Assembly (NCBI RefSeq): GCF_000181795.1
Contig: NW_003526940.1
Coordinates: 3,137,293 to 3,201,292 of the forward strand
Reading direction: 5' to 3'
DNA: 64,000 bases
From: Trichinella spiralis
Lineage: Eukaryota
Of the stretch, positions 13,601 to 25,649 are shown piece after piece. Under the pieces are notes generated by a model, which saw nothing but the letters and a program-made list of their open reading frames with translations, was not told where the DNA came from and searched no databases. Position 1 is the first letter of the stretch. Each line of letters begins with the position of its first letter. The position numbers were made by a program, and so were the translations under genes.

Positions 13601-14262
13601 CAGGGATAGGCAAACTTTTTATACCATCGACTTCTTATGGATTCCTTGTTGCCTCATCGACCTTCAAATTTGTAAAATGAATATTATTAACAAGATATTT
13701 CTTTATTATAAGATATCATTTACTTTTTCCACCCGCACTGATTCTCGATCAAATTCATTTCATCTTTATGTTTACTTTTCTTCTCCTTTCTTCACTTTGT
13801 ATATCTGTTCCTATAATGGCCGTATTTATGCGAATGATAATATTAATAACTTCATGATTAAGTTGATAATTTTTTATTTAACTATTATAGTATTTTTTTA
13901 TTTAACTACTTGACATCGTTAATGAGAAGGATGTGTTTGATGAGTGGCAGCAAGGGTATTGATATTTGACTGGAGATAAGTGAGTTTACGGCGTGAACCA
14001 CGCATTTCCGGATTCAATCTGTTCCTCTGTTTTGTTCTTTTTTTATGGTGTCCCTTGACAGTTCAGAAAATTGTAAATTATTGTTACAAAATAGTTTTCT
14101 TCAAATAACTTCGAAATAAATTTTCAAGTGGGATTTCAAAGTTCATATTTGATCCCGGAGTTCATCCACCCCCCCACCGCATTCGGCCCTATACCTTTAT
14201 TGACCTCTTAGATATTCCCATCGACCCCATAGGGTCGATATCTACCACTTTGGCTACCCCTG
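13601..14262. mobile_element. Non-autonomous hAT (Charlie-like) element
   Basis: TIRs CAGGGATAGGCAAAC ... CTTTGGCTACCCCTG; flanking 8-mers GATTAGAC/GCCTAGTC resemble a decayed TSD; subterminal palindrome ATCGACCCCATAGGGTCGAT. Confidence 0.7.
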
Positions 14263-14429
14263 GCCTAGTCGATGTTGTCATCTTGGTTTTGTTGAATTTT
14301 CAATATGATTTTCTAGCAAACAAAGCTGTTGCACAGGAAGAAAAAAAGCAGGAAAGCCGTTGCATTACCTGCTGCCAAGGGTTCGCCGTGGAATTATAAC
14401 AAAATATTTTTAATTTTACATTTTAATAC

Positions 14430-16280
14430 TTACGATTTGCGATTTTAATACAAATGGAAAATGCACAACTGACAAATTTTTCACAGTTGCAGCTTCCAAG
14501 CTTAACCAAGGAATGACAACTACTAAATTCTTAGCATCTGATTAATTTCTTGATTTTACTGGGAGTGTTCTATTTAAATCTTTCTTGTTTACAATCTAAG
14601 AATTTTACTTTAATATTCACAAAGTTGCCTTCATTACGAAACAAACATCCATATATGTATTTTTATACATGTCGATGAGTTTTGCTGTTTTTATGAAAAA
14701 TCCTGTTTGACGTTCATACATTTCATGTAAAATACAGTCGAACTAGGTTAAGTGCATAAGATTTTGGCCGAAAAAAATTCCCTGTAGTTAATTAAACGAT
14801 AAAATAATGGATGAATGCATGGAAATTCTTTTTAAATTCCAGGCTCACTTATAACCAAGTTCAAATGTAATTTGAAATGCAACATCAAACAGATCAGCTA
14901 CATCATAGGCGCAGCTTTTGATGCGGAATGTTTAAAGATTTCGTTATCATTAAAATATACATTGAAAGGTTACAAACGGAAATGAAAACAGGTGGAAATT
15001 TAAATGTCACCAACGCACTAGTCGGTTTCGTTCAGATGTAAAAATAGAAAGTTTACAATTTACACCAAATATATAAAACTAAATTTGTTCTTTGATTTGT
15101 AAATAATATTGCAGATTTCTTATTTAAATAAAATATAGGAAGGGAAACAATAACACTGACGAAAGAGGTAAAAACTTTCTGAAGTTAAGAGTAAAACTCT
15201 TTGATTGCTATCAGGAATAGATTTTCATAGAACGGTCACACGGAAATTCAAAATGTAATTCAATGCTAACAAATTAGCAATTGCCATGCCTAGTTTAAGC
15301 TGACAACTGCAGTTGTGGACAAATTCATCACTTGTTGATTTTTCCATTGTATCACAATCACCATTAGCTACTCATCAGAACATTTTCTCGCAAACGGAAA
15401 AGCATCTAATGCATGAATCTCATTTAATTGCTAGCTGAAACGTAATTTATCTGATGAACTCAGTTAAATCAGTGTAAAACACTTTGAAAGCAAAAAGGAA
15501 GCGAAGGACAGCACCAAGCAGAATAGCAGTTAAAGCTGCTTCAAATTCACTCTGTAGACTATTCTCTGAAAATCTTTCCTGATATCAATCAAAGAATTTT
15601 ACTTTTAATTTTTTTTCCATTGTTTTATCGTTTAATTAACTACAGGGAATTTTTTTCGACCAAAATCTTATGCACTTAACCAAGTTCGACTGTATTTTAT
15701 ATGAAATGTATGAACGTCAAACAGGATTTTTCATACAAACAGCAAAACTAATCGACATGTATAAAAATACATATATGGATGTTTCGTAATGAAAGAAACT
15801 TTGTGAATATTAAAGTAAAATTCTTCGATGGTAAACAAAAAAGATTTAAATAAAACACTCCCAGTAAAATCAAGAAATTAATCAGATGCTAACAATTTAG
15901 TACTTTTCCCTCCTTGGTTAAGCTTGAAAGCTGCAACTGTGAACAATTTGTCAATTGTGCATTTTCCCTTTGTGTTAAAATCGCCTTTACCAACANNNNN
16001 NNNNNNNNNNNNNNNNNNNNNNNNNNNNNNNNNNNNNNNNNNNNNNNNNNNNNNNNNNNNNNNNNNNNNNNNNNNNNNNNNNNNNNNNNNNNNNNNNNNN
16101 NTAGCATTAGTGCCATTTGTAACCCGGAAGTTAAAAGTGTTGCTACAACATTCCAGATTTTTCAAACAGATTATTCAATATTCTGACATTACACCCGGAA
16201 GTTAACATCCAATCTTGATAAATTTAAACAGGCAACAAATTTATTTACAAGCAGTGGGGGCGGATTTATATATCAGGAAA
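14430..16280. repeat. MULE-associated long repeat family, two copies in inverted orientation (14430-14810 vs 15617-15995)
   Basis: Reverse-complement match, e.g. TAAGTGCATAAGATTTTGG.CGAAAAAAATTCCCTGTAGTTAATTAAACG; further copies at 22582-22710, 36830-37350, 39065-39585 plus 43895-44820, and 48990-49244. Confidence 0.8.
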
Positions 16281-16438
16281 GAAATTGATAATACACCAAT
16301 GAGAAATGAAAACTAAATGTTGCAAAATGGTTATTTAAAATGAAATTCAAAACCGTCCAATTTATTTTCGTTTGGTGTTGAGTTTACTATCAGTGCTTTT
16401 CGTTCAAGTTATTCAAATCATTTTCTATTCTGTTCCTT

Positions 16439-17941
16439 ATGGCTGATGTCCATGACTAACATGTTGTACCAAATCGTTGCGGTGGTATGTCCCTTGTGCA
16501 TGAAAGCAGGGCATATAAATTAAAACGTGCCGGCAGAAAGAAATATTCGAGGTGCTCGAAAGTATGTGCTAAATGTACAGTGTTTTTCCTTCGTCATTCA
16601 GGGTTAGATTATTTTGGTATAGGATAAAAAAGGCTGCAGTGGTGCCATATGGACCAACCTTGATGTGACATCGGTGATGAAGCGAAATGATCACATCGAA
16701 AGTTGTCCGGTGGATGAGCACTTGGCATACAAAATGGAAAAGAAGGCGGTTTTGAAAAAGCGAAGCGTTGAAGAAACGAAGCCAATCCCGGCCATCTATG
16801 ATGAGGAAGCTTCCGCCGCGTCTGCCGAGCCATCCACATCTGGCTATTTTCCTACCTTTAAACGGGTAAGGTCCGCGATGTACGGCCACCGGGCAAAGCG
16901 ATTCCCAAAACTGCCCAATCATCGTCGGGACCTGCAAATCCCGGTCCAGTTTTGAACAAGGAAGGCCGGTGATAATTTCTTATTGTTGCAGAGTGCATCG
17001 AGGCACATACTGGTATTTGCTACGGGTTACAACATTAGACTGCTGGCAGCCATGCAAACCTGGGGCATGAATGGTACATTCAAGATTGTACCTCAATGGA
17101 ATCAACAGCTGTTTACCATCCATGCCTTTGTGGCGGGCAAGTTGCTGCCAGCAGTCTATTGTTTATGTATGGGTAAAGATATTGGAACATATGGGTATAT
17201 TTTTCAAGCTTTAATAGACAAAGCGGCAGTTCTGGAGGTCTACCTTAATCCAGGTACTATTATCTGTGATTTTGAAACAGCCCTGATACCTGCAATTCGA
17301 GGTTACTTCCCGAATACGCGGGTACAGGGCTGTTAGAAATTCCTCTGGTCGCTCCCGGACTCCTGAGTATCCGTACCTGCGTTCATGGTTACTGTAGCGG
17401 CCTACGGTAGATGACGCAACAGTGTGTGTATTTTTAGATTGTGATAGTGTGTGCGTGTGCATATACTTGTGAGTGTGCGTGGATAGTGCTAGTTCTGGTT
17501 GTCGATTTATTCTTGGTAATCTGACCCTCATAAAGTGCTCTTGTATTTTTGGCATTGTTGCCGGTTGTTGAATCTTCAATAAAGTCTCCCGATACGACTT
17601 TGTTTTCTTGTCACGTTCGGCAACGAACGGGGTTAATCAGCGGTTGAGCAATCAAATAAGGTTGGACTCCCGCGTGAATTATTATTACAGTCCACTAGCG
17701 CTCAGGAGATACAGTTTTGTCGCTAACAAGGGCTGCTACTTCCACTTCTGTCTTATGGACACTTTGATTCAACAAGTGCTATCAGAAAACGTTACCGTTG
17801 GTGACTTAAGACGGGTAAACAGGGTTTATGCTCAAAAGCAACGACAGGTTGCACAAATATACGGGTGAATACACCAACGTTAGACGTACGCTGGAGCAGT
17901 TCCTAGCAGCTTTAATGTATTTAACGCCGGAGCTGATTTAG
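16439..17941 (+). pseudogene. FLYWCH-MULE transposase pseudogene, family A, interrupted by a solo LTR and internally deleted
   Basis: MEKKAVLKKRS...; WGMNGTFKIVPQW...IICDFETALIPAIRGYFPNTRVQG|CYFHFC; stops and frameshifts; segment after CYFHFC is missing relative to the 52.4 kb copy. Confidence 0.88.
17331..17728 (+). mobile_element. Solo LTR (398 bp)
   Basis: TGTTAG...CTAACA termini, perfect 5-bp TSD AGGGC (17326-17330 / 17729-17733), internal AATAAA near 17578; MULE frame resumes after it. Confidence 0.9.
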
Positions 17942-17960
17942 TGCCGTCTTACAATTGCCT

Positions 17961-18420
17961 TTGATATCGTTAATGAGAAGGATGTGTTTGATGAGTGGCA
18001 GCAAGGGTATTGATATTTGACTGGAGATAAGTGAGTTTACGGCGTGAACCACGCATTTCCGGATTCAATCTGTTCCTCTGTTTTGTTCTTTTTTTATGGT
18101 GTCCCTTGACAGTTCAGAAAATCGTAAATTATTGTTACAAAATAGTTTTCCTCAAATAACTTCGAAATAAATTTCCAAGTGGGATTTCAAAGTTCATATT
18201 TGATCCCGGAGTTCATCCACCCCCCTCCACCACATTCGACCCCTATGCCTTTATCGAACTCTTAGATATTCCCATCGACCCCATAGGGTCGATATCTACC
18301 ACTTTGGCTACCCCTGGACTATTCGATGTTGTCATCTTGGTTTTGTTGAATTTTCAATATGATTTTCTAGCGAACAAAGCTGTTGCACAGGAAGAAACAA
18401 AGCAGGAAAGCCGTTGCATT
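17961..18420. repeat. Copy of 13910-14367 (right half of the hAT element plus its flank)
   Basis: Near-identical sequence including the TIR CTTTGGCTACCCCTG ending at 18316 and ~100 bp of the same downstream flank. Confidence 0.9.
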
Positions 18421-19738
18421 AATCTTGTGGCAATATCACTTTTGGATTGGTCACTCAGTGTTTATTACCGAAAACAATAAGTGATGTAGCAGTAAAGAAG
18501 AGTTATTCGACGATGTTAAATATTGCGATGAAAATAAATATGAAAATTGGTGGCATCAATGCAAAATTACTGAAAGATGAAGTGTAAGATATTGAATTCA
18601 AGAATGCGTTTGAAAAAGTTTAAAATGAAAGATTTTTCTTTAGTTTAAATAATTATTTGTATAAAAATAATACATTGGTAATTGGTGTGGATGTGGTTCA
18701 TCCATCTGCTGTAGAGACGTATTTACCATCAGTTGCTGCGGTGCGTATTCATTGCTTTGTTATTCAAAATTATTCGAGAAATATTTTTGATTTCAAGGTT
18801 GTTGGAAACGTGGATGTAACTGTTACAAAATTTAAAGCATCGGTGAAAATCCAATCAGCTAGGCAAGAATTGATCACCGATTTTGTTGATCAGTTTTCTG
18901 AACGAATAATGGAATACTCTGATGTTAATGGTTCAGCACTGAAAAACATTATTGTTTTTCGAGATGGAATATCGAAAGGTCAATTCAAGCAGGTGAAATT
19001 GTGTTCTATCATTAATTAAAGCAAAGTAAGAATTCATTTTTTAAACAGGTTTTGGAAGAAGAATTGCTTGCTCTTCGTCGGGTGTGCAAAAAATTTGCAT
19101 CAAATTACCGGCCGTTAATAACGTTTATTGTGGTTCAAAAGCGACATCATGCTCGATTTGTTTGTTATGATAAAGCTGCAGCACGAGGACGGGGGAAAAA
19201 CATCCCTGCTGGTACTGTTATCGATAGAGTAGTGACATCTCTTGATGAATATGATTTCTTTTTGTGCAGTCATCATGGAATTCAAGTATGACTTTGTGAA
19301 ATGTTTTGAATATTTATTATTATTTTCATTTCAATTGCAGGGAACTAGTACACCGACGCGATATTATGTTCTGTTTGATGAAAGCAACATGGATGTGAAT
19401 GCAATGCAGTTGATCGCATACTATTTATGCCATATATATGGTAGATGTGCTCGTTCTGTCAGTATACCAGCACCGGTATATTTTGCACATTTAGTTTGCG
19501 CCCGTGCTCCTTATCATTTTCTTGCTGCATTGTAAGTTGGATTAATTAACTTATTTAAAAATGAATGAATTATTGAATTTTATTTTTTAGCAATTCTGTT
19601 CAAGTGAAAAGGTTATCTGATGAAAACAGTAACAGTAGTAGTAGTAGTTCCAGCAGTAATTCTGAATCTGTGAAAACAAAATTGGCTAACATAATTGCAC
19701 TGCACAGCAGAGTTGAAAAAATCATGTACTACGCATAA
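18421..19738 (+). pseudogene. Argonaute (AGO clade), 5'-truncated copy: late MID plus PIWI
   Basis: SCGNITFGLVTQC...KINMKIGGIN / VIGVDVVHP / RQELI / IIVFRDGIS / ITFIVVQKRHHAR..GTVID..DFFLCSHHGIQ / GTSTPTRYYVL..CARSVSIPAPVYFAHL / IMYYA*; starts mid-exon against repeat DNA. Confidence 0.92.
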
Positions 19739-21419
19739 CGTGCAGCGACGGCCGATGCTTAATATATTCTAGTGCTTAGTTATTTAGTGCTTATTTAAAA
19801 ACAGTAAATATATTTGTGTATGTGTTTACCTCTAGATCATAGCTTTTCATTCTGCATATTGTTGTGGTAAAAAATAACAAACAATATACATGATGTGATG
19901 AAGAAGGTTCAATATATATGCTATATATTTATGATATTTTATAAATTCATTATACTATTCATAGTGAATTTATAATATTGGGGTGAAGATGTTCGTTTGC
20001 ATGAAAAACCAAATGAGAACGAAACCAAATATTAATATATACATAAGTAAGTGAAGAGTTGTTGGCAAAGATTGAATGTGAAATATTTTGAAACTGGATT
20101 CGAAATTTTCTTTCATGTTTCTGGCATTTAAATTACCTCGCCATAGATGTGCACATTTAGGGCTTCAGTAGGGCTCTTTGAATTGTTTCTGGCTTCCATT
20201 TTACATAAACCGCCAATTACACTTCAAAAGAGCAATGTTTATTAAGAATAATGTCTATTCAAAAGTTCTATTTCTGAAACCACTTGCATCTTCATTTTAC
20301 CTCAATGATAGACTGACTTACAATTTCCAACATGTGCACATTTGGTGAAACATTACTTCCTCTTTCGATCAACACACTGATCAGCTAAGTAAAGCGTAAT
20401 TTTTTTGAGGCTGGTCTCTCTTTAATCGTTGTTAACTTGAAACTGCCGCCCGACTATTTCCGATTGTAATAAACACTGATGTTAAAGCAGCAAAAATTTG
20501 CAAACTATCATCTATCTCTCAGCTTTCAATACCAGCATTCATAAGTAAGAACATGATGTGACACAGAGATACCAAAGCGGCTGATTTTTATTGGCAGCTT
20601 GTTTGCAAAACAACCAGTAGTCAAATGTCCAGTCTCTGATGCTTTACTGCAATTTCGCCCGCTAAACTTTGACCTCATTTTTCTGATTGGTTGTTCGCCG
20701 ATGGCAGTAATTGGCAGTTCAATTAACCTACTTTATTAATTTATTAGATTTTGAAGTAGAATTATTGATCAAAAGTGCATAATCAATGAAATGGCATAAG
20801 TAAATCACCAACTACCGATCAAACCCGGTACATGCTATAAGTGAACGACCAATCACACGGAGGGGGCAGAGTGGCAAAAATGGGAGCCCTCGAAATCAGA
20901 TAACGCTATCTATGAAGCAGCCACTTTTTGTTGAATGTGCGCCATATTTTAATGAAACTTTCAAGAAACAACTACAATCTGATTGTTCAACGCATATTTT
21001 CATTTGGAAAACAGTTAATCTCTGAACTAGATTTTCAAATTGAATAAGAAATTTCATCTTGTACAAAGTGAAACAGTTCTCATGTGAATTAATTTTTATC
21101 AACTATATTGGTTGAATATTCGCACAAAGTAGTGAATAAATAAAGTTACTCTTAATTGGCATTCCTAACGAAAAAGAGTATTTACAACTGAAATTGTACA
21201 TCTGTTCTTTAACATATTGTTCATAGTTAGTAAATCAAAATTTGTTTTAAAATTCTAGTTGTTTAATATTGACGCTTGTTGCCATATATAAAAATTATTA
21301 TGACAATTTTTTAGCCAATTTAATAGTCACAGTTACAATTTGATTACTGTGCTTACTGTAAATCATTGGCGAGTAAACTCTTTATTCGGTTGTTAACAAG
21401 AAAATGATTTTCACTAGCA

Positions 21420-22286
21420 ATGGCTGAACGAAGTAAGTATTGTTGTTTTTTTGTGTAAAAGGTTGAATAATATCGTCAATTGTGGTCTGATTTTTAATCT
21501 GTGAAAAAGCGGTGGCTTAATTGCCAACAATATTTGGCCAAAATCATGGACCGCATCTTATTCCAGCATTTCTTGAACAGTTTGTAATCGGTGAATTACT
21601 TGTAGGCAAAGAAGTGAAATCAATTTCTGATAATCTGTCCCAGTTACGTTTAGTAAGTGTTAGCTAATGTTTTATTTCATTATTTAGTATTGTTATTGTG
21701 GTTGTGGCTATTTTAGAAAGAATTAGTGAAACGTCCTGACTACGGGACTGTTGGCATGCCGATAAAATTAGCTTGCAATTATTTTCCACTGGTAAAACTG
21801 CAGACCGGTGATTTTGTTGTTCACAGATATCACATCCTCATACAACATCCTCGTTTAAATTTGAATAGGTTCGATTTTAATTTGTTGTCAAGTTTTATCA
21901 TAATTTTAATCAGTTTATTTTTTCTATTTTAGTATGGCTTCAAGGGCCATATTTTGGGCATATGTAGTGAAGCGTTTAGATATTTTTGGTGATCCATTTA
22001 AATTAGTATACGATGGGAAGAGTACTTTGTATACAGTTGAAAAATTGCGTTTGAATCAAGTCGCTGAAGAAGCAGTTACGATTCGTTTTAGAAATTTATT
22101 CTTTGGTTTTATAAATTGCAATTTTAAAATATGAATATTTTTATATTTTAAGGATAAATTTTTTTTTCAAAACTGTTCGAGAAAATAAAGAAACAGAAGT
22201 GTCTATATTGATTAAACCCACTGATCTGGCTCGCTTGATTTCCGAAATGCAGAAGCCGTTTCCCTGGATGGAACGGATGAACTTTC
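21420..22286 (+). CDS. Argonaute N-terminal exons (N domain), running into a gap
   Basis: ATG at 21420 followed by GTAAGT donor; KRPDYGTVGMPIKLACNYFPL (AGO N-terminal motif) and LVYDGKSTLYT; ends at the 295-N gap. Confidence 0.85.
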
Positions 22287-22767
22287 NNNNNNNNNNNNNN
22301 NNNNNNNNNNNNNNNNNNNNNNNNNNNNNNNNNNNNNNNNNNNNNNNNNNNNNNNNNNNNNNNNNNNNNNNNNNNNNNNNNNNNNNNNNNNNNNNNNNNN
22401 NNNNNNNNNNNNNNNNNNNNNNNNNNNNNNNNNNNNNNNNNNNNNNNNNNNNNNNNNNNNNNNNNNNNNNNNNNNNNNNNNNNNNNNNNNNNNNNNNNNN
22501 NNNNNNNNNNNNNNNNNNNNNNNNNNNNNNNNNNNNNNNNNNNNNNNNNNNNNNNNNNNNNNNNNNNNNNNNNNNNNNNNNNTATTCCTGACTTTACATC
22601 CCGGAAGGTTAAACATTCCAATTCCTGATTAAATTTCAACAGGGCAAATTTTATTTTACCAAACACCTGGGAGCAAGATTGCTATATCACTAGGGAAATC
22701 AGTATTAGACCCACCACTAACGTTGAGATCATGCACGCTACTACGAGAGGTTTATCTCAAACCCAAC

Positions 22768-22783
22768 GGCCCTTTCTAGGGTC
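22768..22783 (+). terminator. Orphan histone 3' stem-loop
   Basis: AACCCAAC-GGCCCT-TTCT-AGGGTC: same 5' flank and 6-bp stem / 4-nt loop as the H2A, H2B and H3 stem-loops. Confidence 0.7.
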
Positions 22784-23850
22784 ATAATTTTGGTCTTATG
22801 GTGCAGATCGTTTTTTGTCTGAATGAACTGCCGCTTTTGAATCTACCCAATTTTAACATATAATTTAAAATAACGATGAAAAAGTTCCGCTAAATTTTGA
22901 GGATGTATCATAGTCACTCTTCTCATTACAGTCATAATTATTGACACTGCCTATATTCACTTTCCTCAAGAAAATCATTCAGGAAGTCTAAGGAACTATC
23001 ACTACCATATCCTGTGAGTGACATTTTTAAATTTTTGCGACATTTGACATGAAATAGAGGAAACTTTGCATAAAATGGTGTAAATGATACTAAACTTAGA
23101 TCAAACTTTGCATACAATAATGTAAATGATAGTAAAAGTATGGCACATTTTCCATAAAAAGTTAACAAAAAAACCACTAATAATAACTGTTCACAATCAA
23201 GTGGAAAACATGTAGACAAAAAAAAAGATGGTGACTCACCAGTATGAGAGAAAATTAGATAAATGAGAACGATATATGTAAGGCAACGGTTCAACACCTT
23301 TCGCAGACATGACCGCGCAAACTGAAAAAATATTCTGTGATCATTTCTAGGAAGATATGAAAAACAACAGCTGTCATCATTTAGAAATTCTGCTAAAGCA
23401 GAAAGTTTTCGGGGTTTTCTGGACCCCACACCACCTCTAAAGTTTAATAAAAGTTAAAAAATAAAATATAAATAATAGTATAAAAATTAATGAGAGATGG
23501 TAATATGCTAATTTTAGCACTTTTTTTAAATTCTGATGTAATCGCAAGTGATTGAAGATGGCTGATTAGTAAATTGTACTTTTGGCAGTTAAATTACAGT
23601 AAAATATTTTCACTTTTTTTACTTCCTGTTTTCCAACGTTTTATACCATTTTTAACTTTTAACATTAATGATTCAATCACCATGTGCTGCACGTCATCCT
23701 GCTACGTTTACAAAATAAATTCTATTCTCATTTTAACGAAATGAACAACGTCATGTGATAAATATAAAATGAAAAATAATTTAAAATAAACTATGTAACA
23801 AGATACTTTAATAAAATGGCACTATAAAAGTACATGATACAAAAAATTTT

Positions 23851-23866
23851 GGCCCTAAAAAGGACC
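23851..23866 (-). terminator. Histone H2A 3' stem-loop
   Basis: Minus strand AACCCAAC-GGTCCT-TTTT-AGGGCC, 26 nt after the stop. Confidence 0.92.
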
Positions 23867-23892
23867 GTTGGGTTTGGAAAAAAATGTACAAT

Positions 23893-24288
23893 CTACGGTG
23901 ATGATTTAGTCTCTTTTGACAGATCTTCAGCTTTCCTTGGAAAAAGATTTGCATTGATGTTCGGAAGAACACCACCTTGAGCAATAGTTACACCCCGGAG
24001 GAACTCGCTCAACTCTTCATCATTTCGTATTGCCAACTGTAGATGCCGTGGAGTGATGCGAGTCTTCTTGTTATCACGGGCGGCGTTTCCAGCCAATTCG
24101 AGTACTTCAGCGGTCAAGTATTCCATGACAGCGGCAAGATAGACAGGACCTCCAGCACCAATACGCTCAGCGTAATTTCCCTTTTTCAAAAGACGATGAA
24201 TGCGACCAACAGGGAACTGGAGTCCAGCTCGACTAGATCGAGTTTTTGCTTTTCCTTTAACTTTTCCACCTTTCACGCGACCAGACAT
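23893..24288 (-). CDS. H2A: Histone H2A, replication-dependent type, divergent
   Basis: Intronless 131-aa [12 protein letters not shown]...[13 protein letters not shown]...[19 protein letters not shown]...[12 protein letters not shown]; stem-loop present. Confidence 0.97.
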   Translation of the reverse strand: MSGRVKGGKVKGKAKTRSSRAGLQFPVGRIHRLLKKGNYAERIGAGGPVYLAAVMEYLTAEVLELAGNAARDNKKTRITPRHLQLAIRNDEELSEFLRGVTIAQGGVLPNINANLFPRKAEDLSKETKSSP

Positions 24289-24552
24289 CTTCAATTGACA
24301 AACACCAGGCAAACTAAAATCTTTCAACAATGAACGTTTCCCCTGAAATTCCGTTTAAATACTTTGGAAATCAAGAATTAGGTCAAAGTGCAAATTGAAA
24401 CAATTTTCGCTAAATGCTATTGGCTATCGCGCATCAATTTAAAATCTGGTTACTGAGAAACGCTATTGGCTAGTTTCCCCTTGGTTTCAGTATAAAAATT
24501 CTCATTTTAGAAATTTCATTTTCTTTTTGACGTTTCAGCGGTGTGGAATAAC
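24289..24552. promoter_or_regulatory. Bidirectional H2A/H2B promoter
   Basis: 264-bp head-to-head spacer with two GCTATTGGCTA (CCAAT-box) motifs near 24416 and 24462, and TATAAAA at 24491. Confidence 0.75.
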
Positions 24553-24912
24553 ATGACTCCGAAAGGTGTAAAGAAAGCAGGTCAACTCCAGAAAGTGGCC
24601 AAGTCTGGTGATCGCAGACGACGTCGTTTGAGGAAAGAATCGTTCGCTGGTTACATCTACAAGGTCTTGAAGCAAGTTCATGCTGATACTGGCATCAGCA
24701 GCAGGGCGATGTCAATCATGAACAGTTTTGTGAATGACATTTTTGATCGCCTTGCCGCTGAGGCGAGTCGTCTTGCCCAATACAATCAACGCCACACGAT
24801 CACTTCACGGGAAATTCAAACGGCTGTCCGTTTACTTTTGCCTGGTGAACTTTGCAAACATGCGGTCAGCGAAGGGACCAAAGCTGTTAACAAGTACAAC
24901 AGTGGAAGGTAA
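24553..24912 (+). CDS. H2B: Histone H2B, replication-dependent type, divergent
   Basis: Intronless 119-aa ORF ...[38 protein letters not shown]...[27 protein letters not shown]. Confidence 0.97.
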   Translation: MTPKGVKKAGQLQKVAKSGDRRRRRLRKESFAGYIYKVLKQVHADTGISSRAMSIMNSFVNDIFDRLAAEASRLAQYNQRHTITSREIQTAVRLLLPGELCKHAVSEGTKAVNKYNSGR

Positions 24913-24953
24913 ACTGTGTTGCCAGCATATTTAAGTAAATATAATAACCCAAC

Positions 24954-24969
24954 GGTCCTTTTCAGGACC
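24954..24969 (+). terminator. Histone H2B 3' stem-loop
   Basis: AACCCAAC-GGTCCT-TTTC-AGGACC-ACA. Confidence 0.95.
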
Positions 24970-25238
24970 ACATTATTTTTATTCCCATCGATGAAATTCA
25001 TAAATAAAAACTAATACTTTTGTTAAANNNNNNNNNNCATTTGAAATTATTGTTAAAAACTGTGTAAGCTGAAAGGGGCAAGCGATAAACCTCCATCGCA
25101 AATCGTTTCCCGCCTTTTTCCCCAGCCTTATCATTTTTGAAAACTCAGTTCACCACTTACAGTTAAAGGTCAATTGCAGTTATGTATATAAAGGAGTGAA
25201 CATTTATTTTGCTCTCAGTTGAGAGTTTTCGAGTAAAA

Positions 25239-25649
25239 ATGGCGCGTACTAAGCAAACCGCTCGCAAAAGTACTGGTGGAAAAGCCCCACGTAAGCAGTT
25301 GGCCACTAAAGCGGCTCGGATGATTGCCACCAATGCTGATAGAGTAAAGAAACTACGTCGTTATCGTCCAGGGACAGTGGCTCTTCGTGAAATTCGGCGT
25401 TATCAAAAAAGTACAGAACTGTTGATCAGAAAGCTGCCATTCCAGCGTTTGGTTCGGGAAGTTGCTCAAGATTACAAAACTGAGTTGCGATTCCAATCGT
25501 CAGCAGTTTTCGCTTTACAAGAAGCGGCTGAAGCTTACCTGGTTGGCCTGTTCGAAGACACAAACTTGTGTGCTATTCACGCAAAACGTGTCACCATTAT
25601 GCCAAAGGATGTTCAGTTGGCTCGTCGTATACGGGGTGAACGCGCCTAA
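25239..25649 (+). CDS. H3: Histone H3 variant (K27M, G34R, remodelled residues 27-39)
   Basis: Intronless 136-codon ORF with canonical [26 protein letters not shown] start and histone fold; TATATAAA about 50 nt upstream; stem-loop downstream. Confidence 0.96.
   Translation: MARTKQTARKSTGGKAPRKQLATKAARMIATNADRVKKLRRYRPGTVALREIRRYQKSTELLIRKLPFQRLVREVAQDYKTELRFQSSAVFALQEAAEAYLVGLFEDTNLCAIHAKRVTIMPKDVQLARRIRGERA

Noticed and set aside
22938..23429. 163-aa minus-strand ORF with a ~42-bp internal repeat beside the histones
   Set aside because: GTG start, no recognisable domain, not H1- or H4-like.
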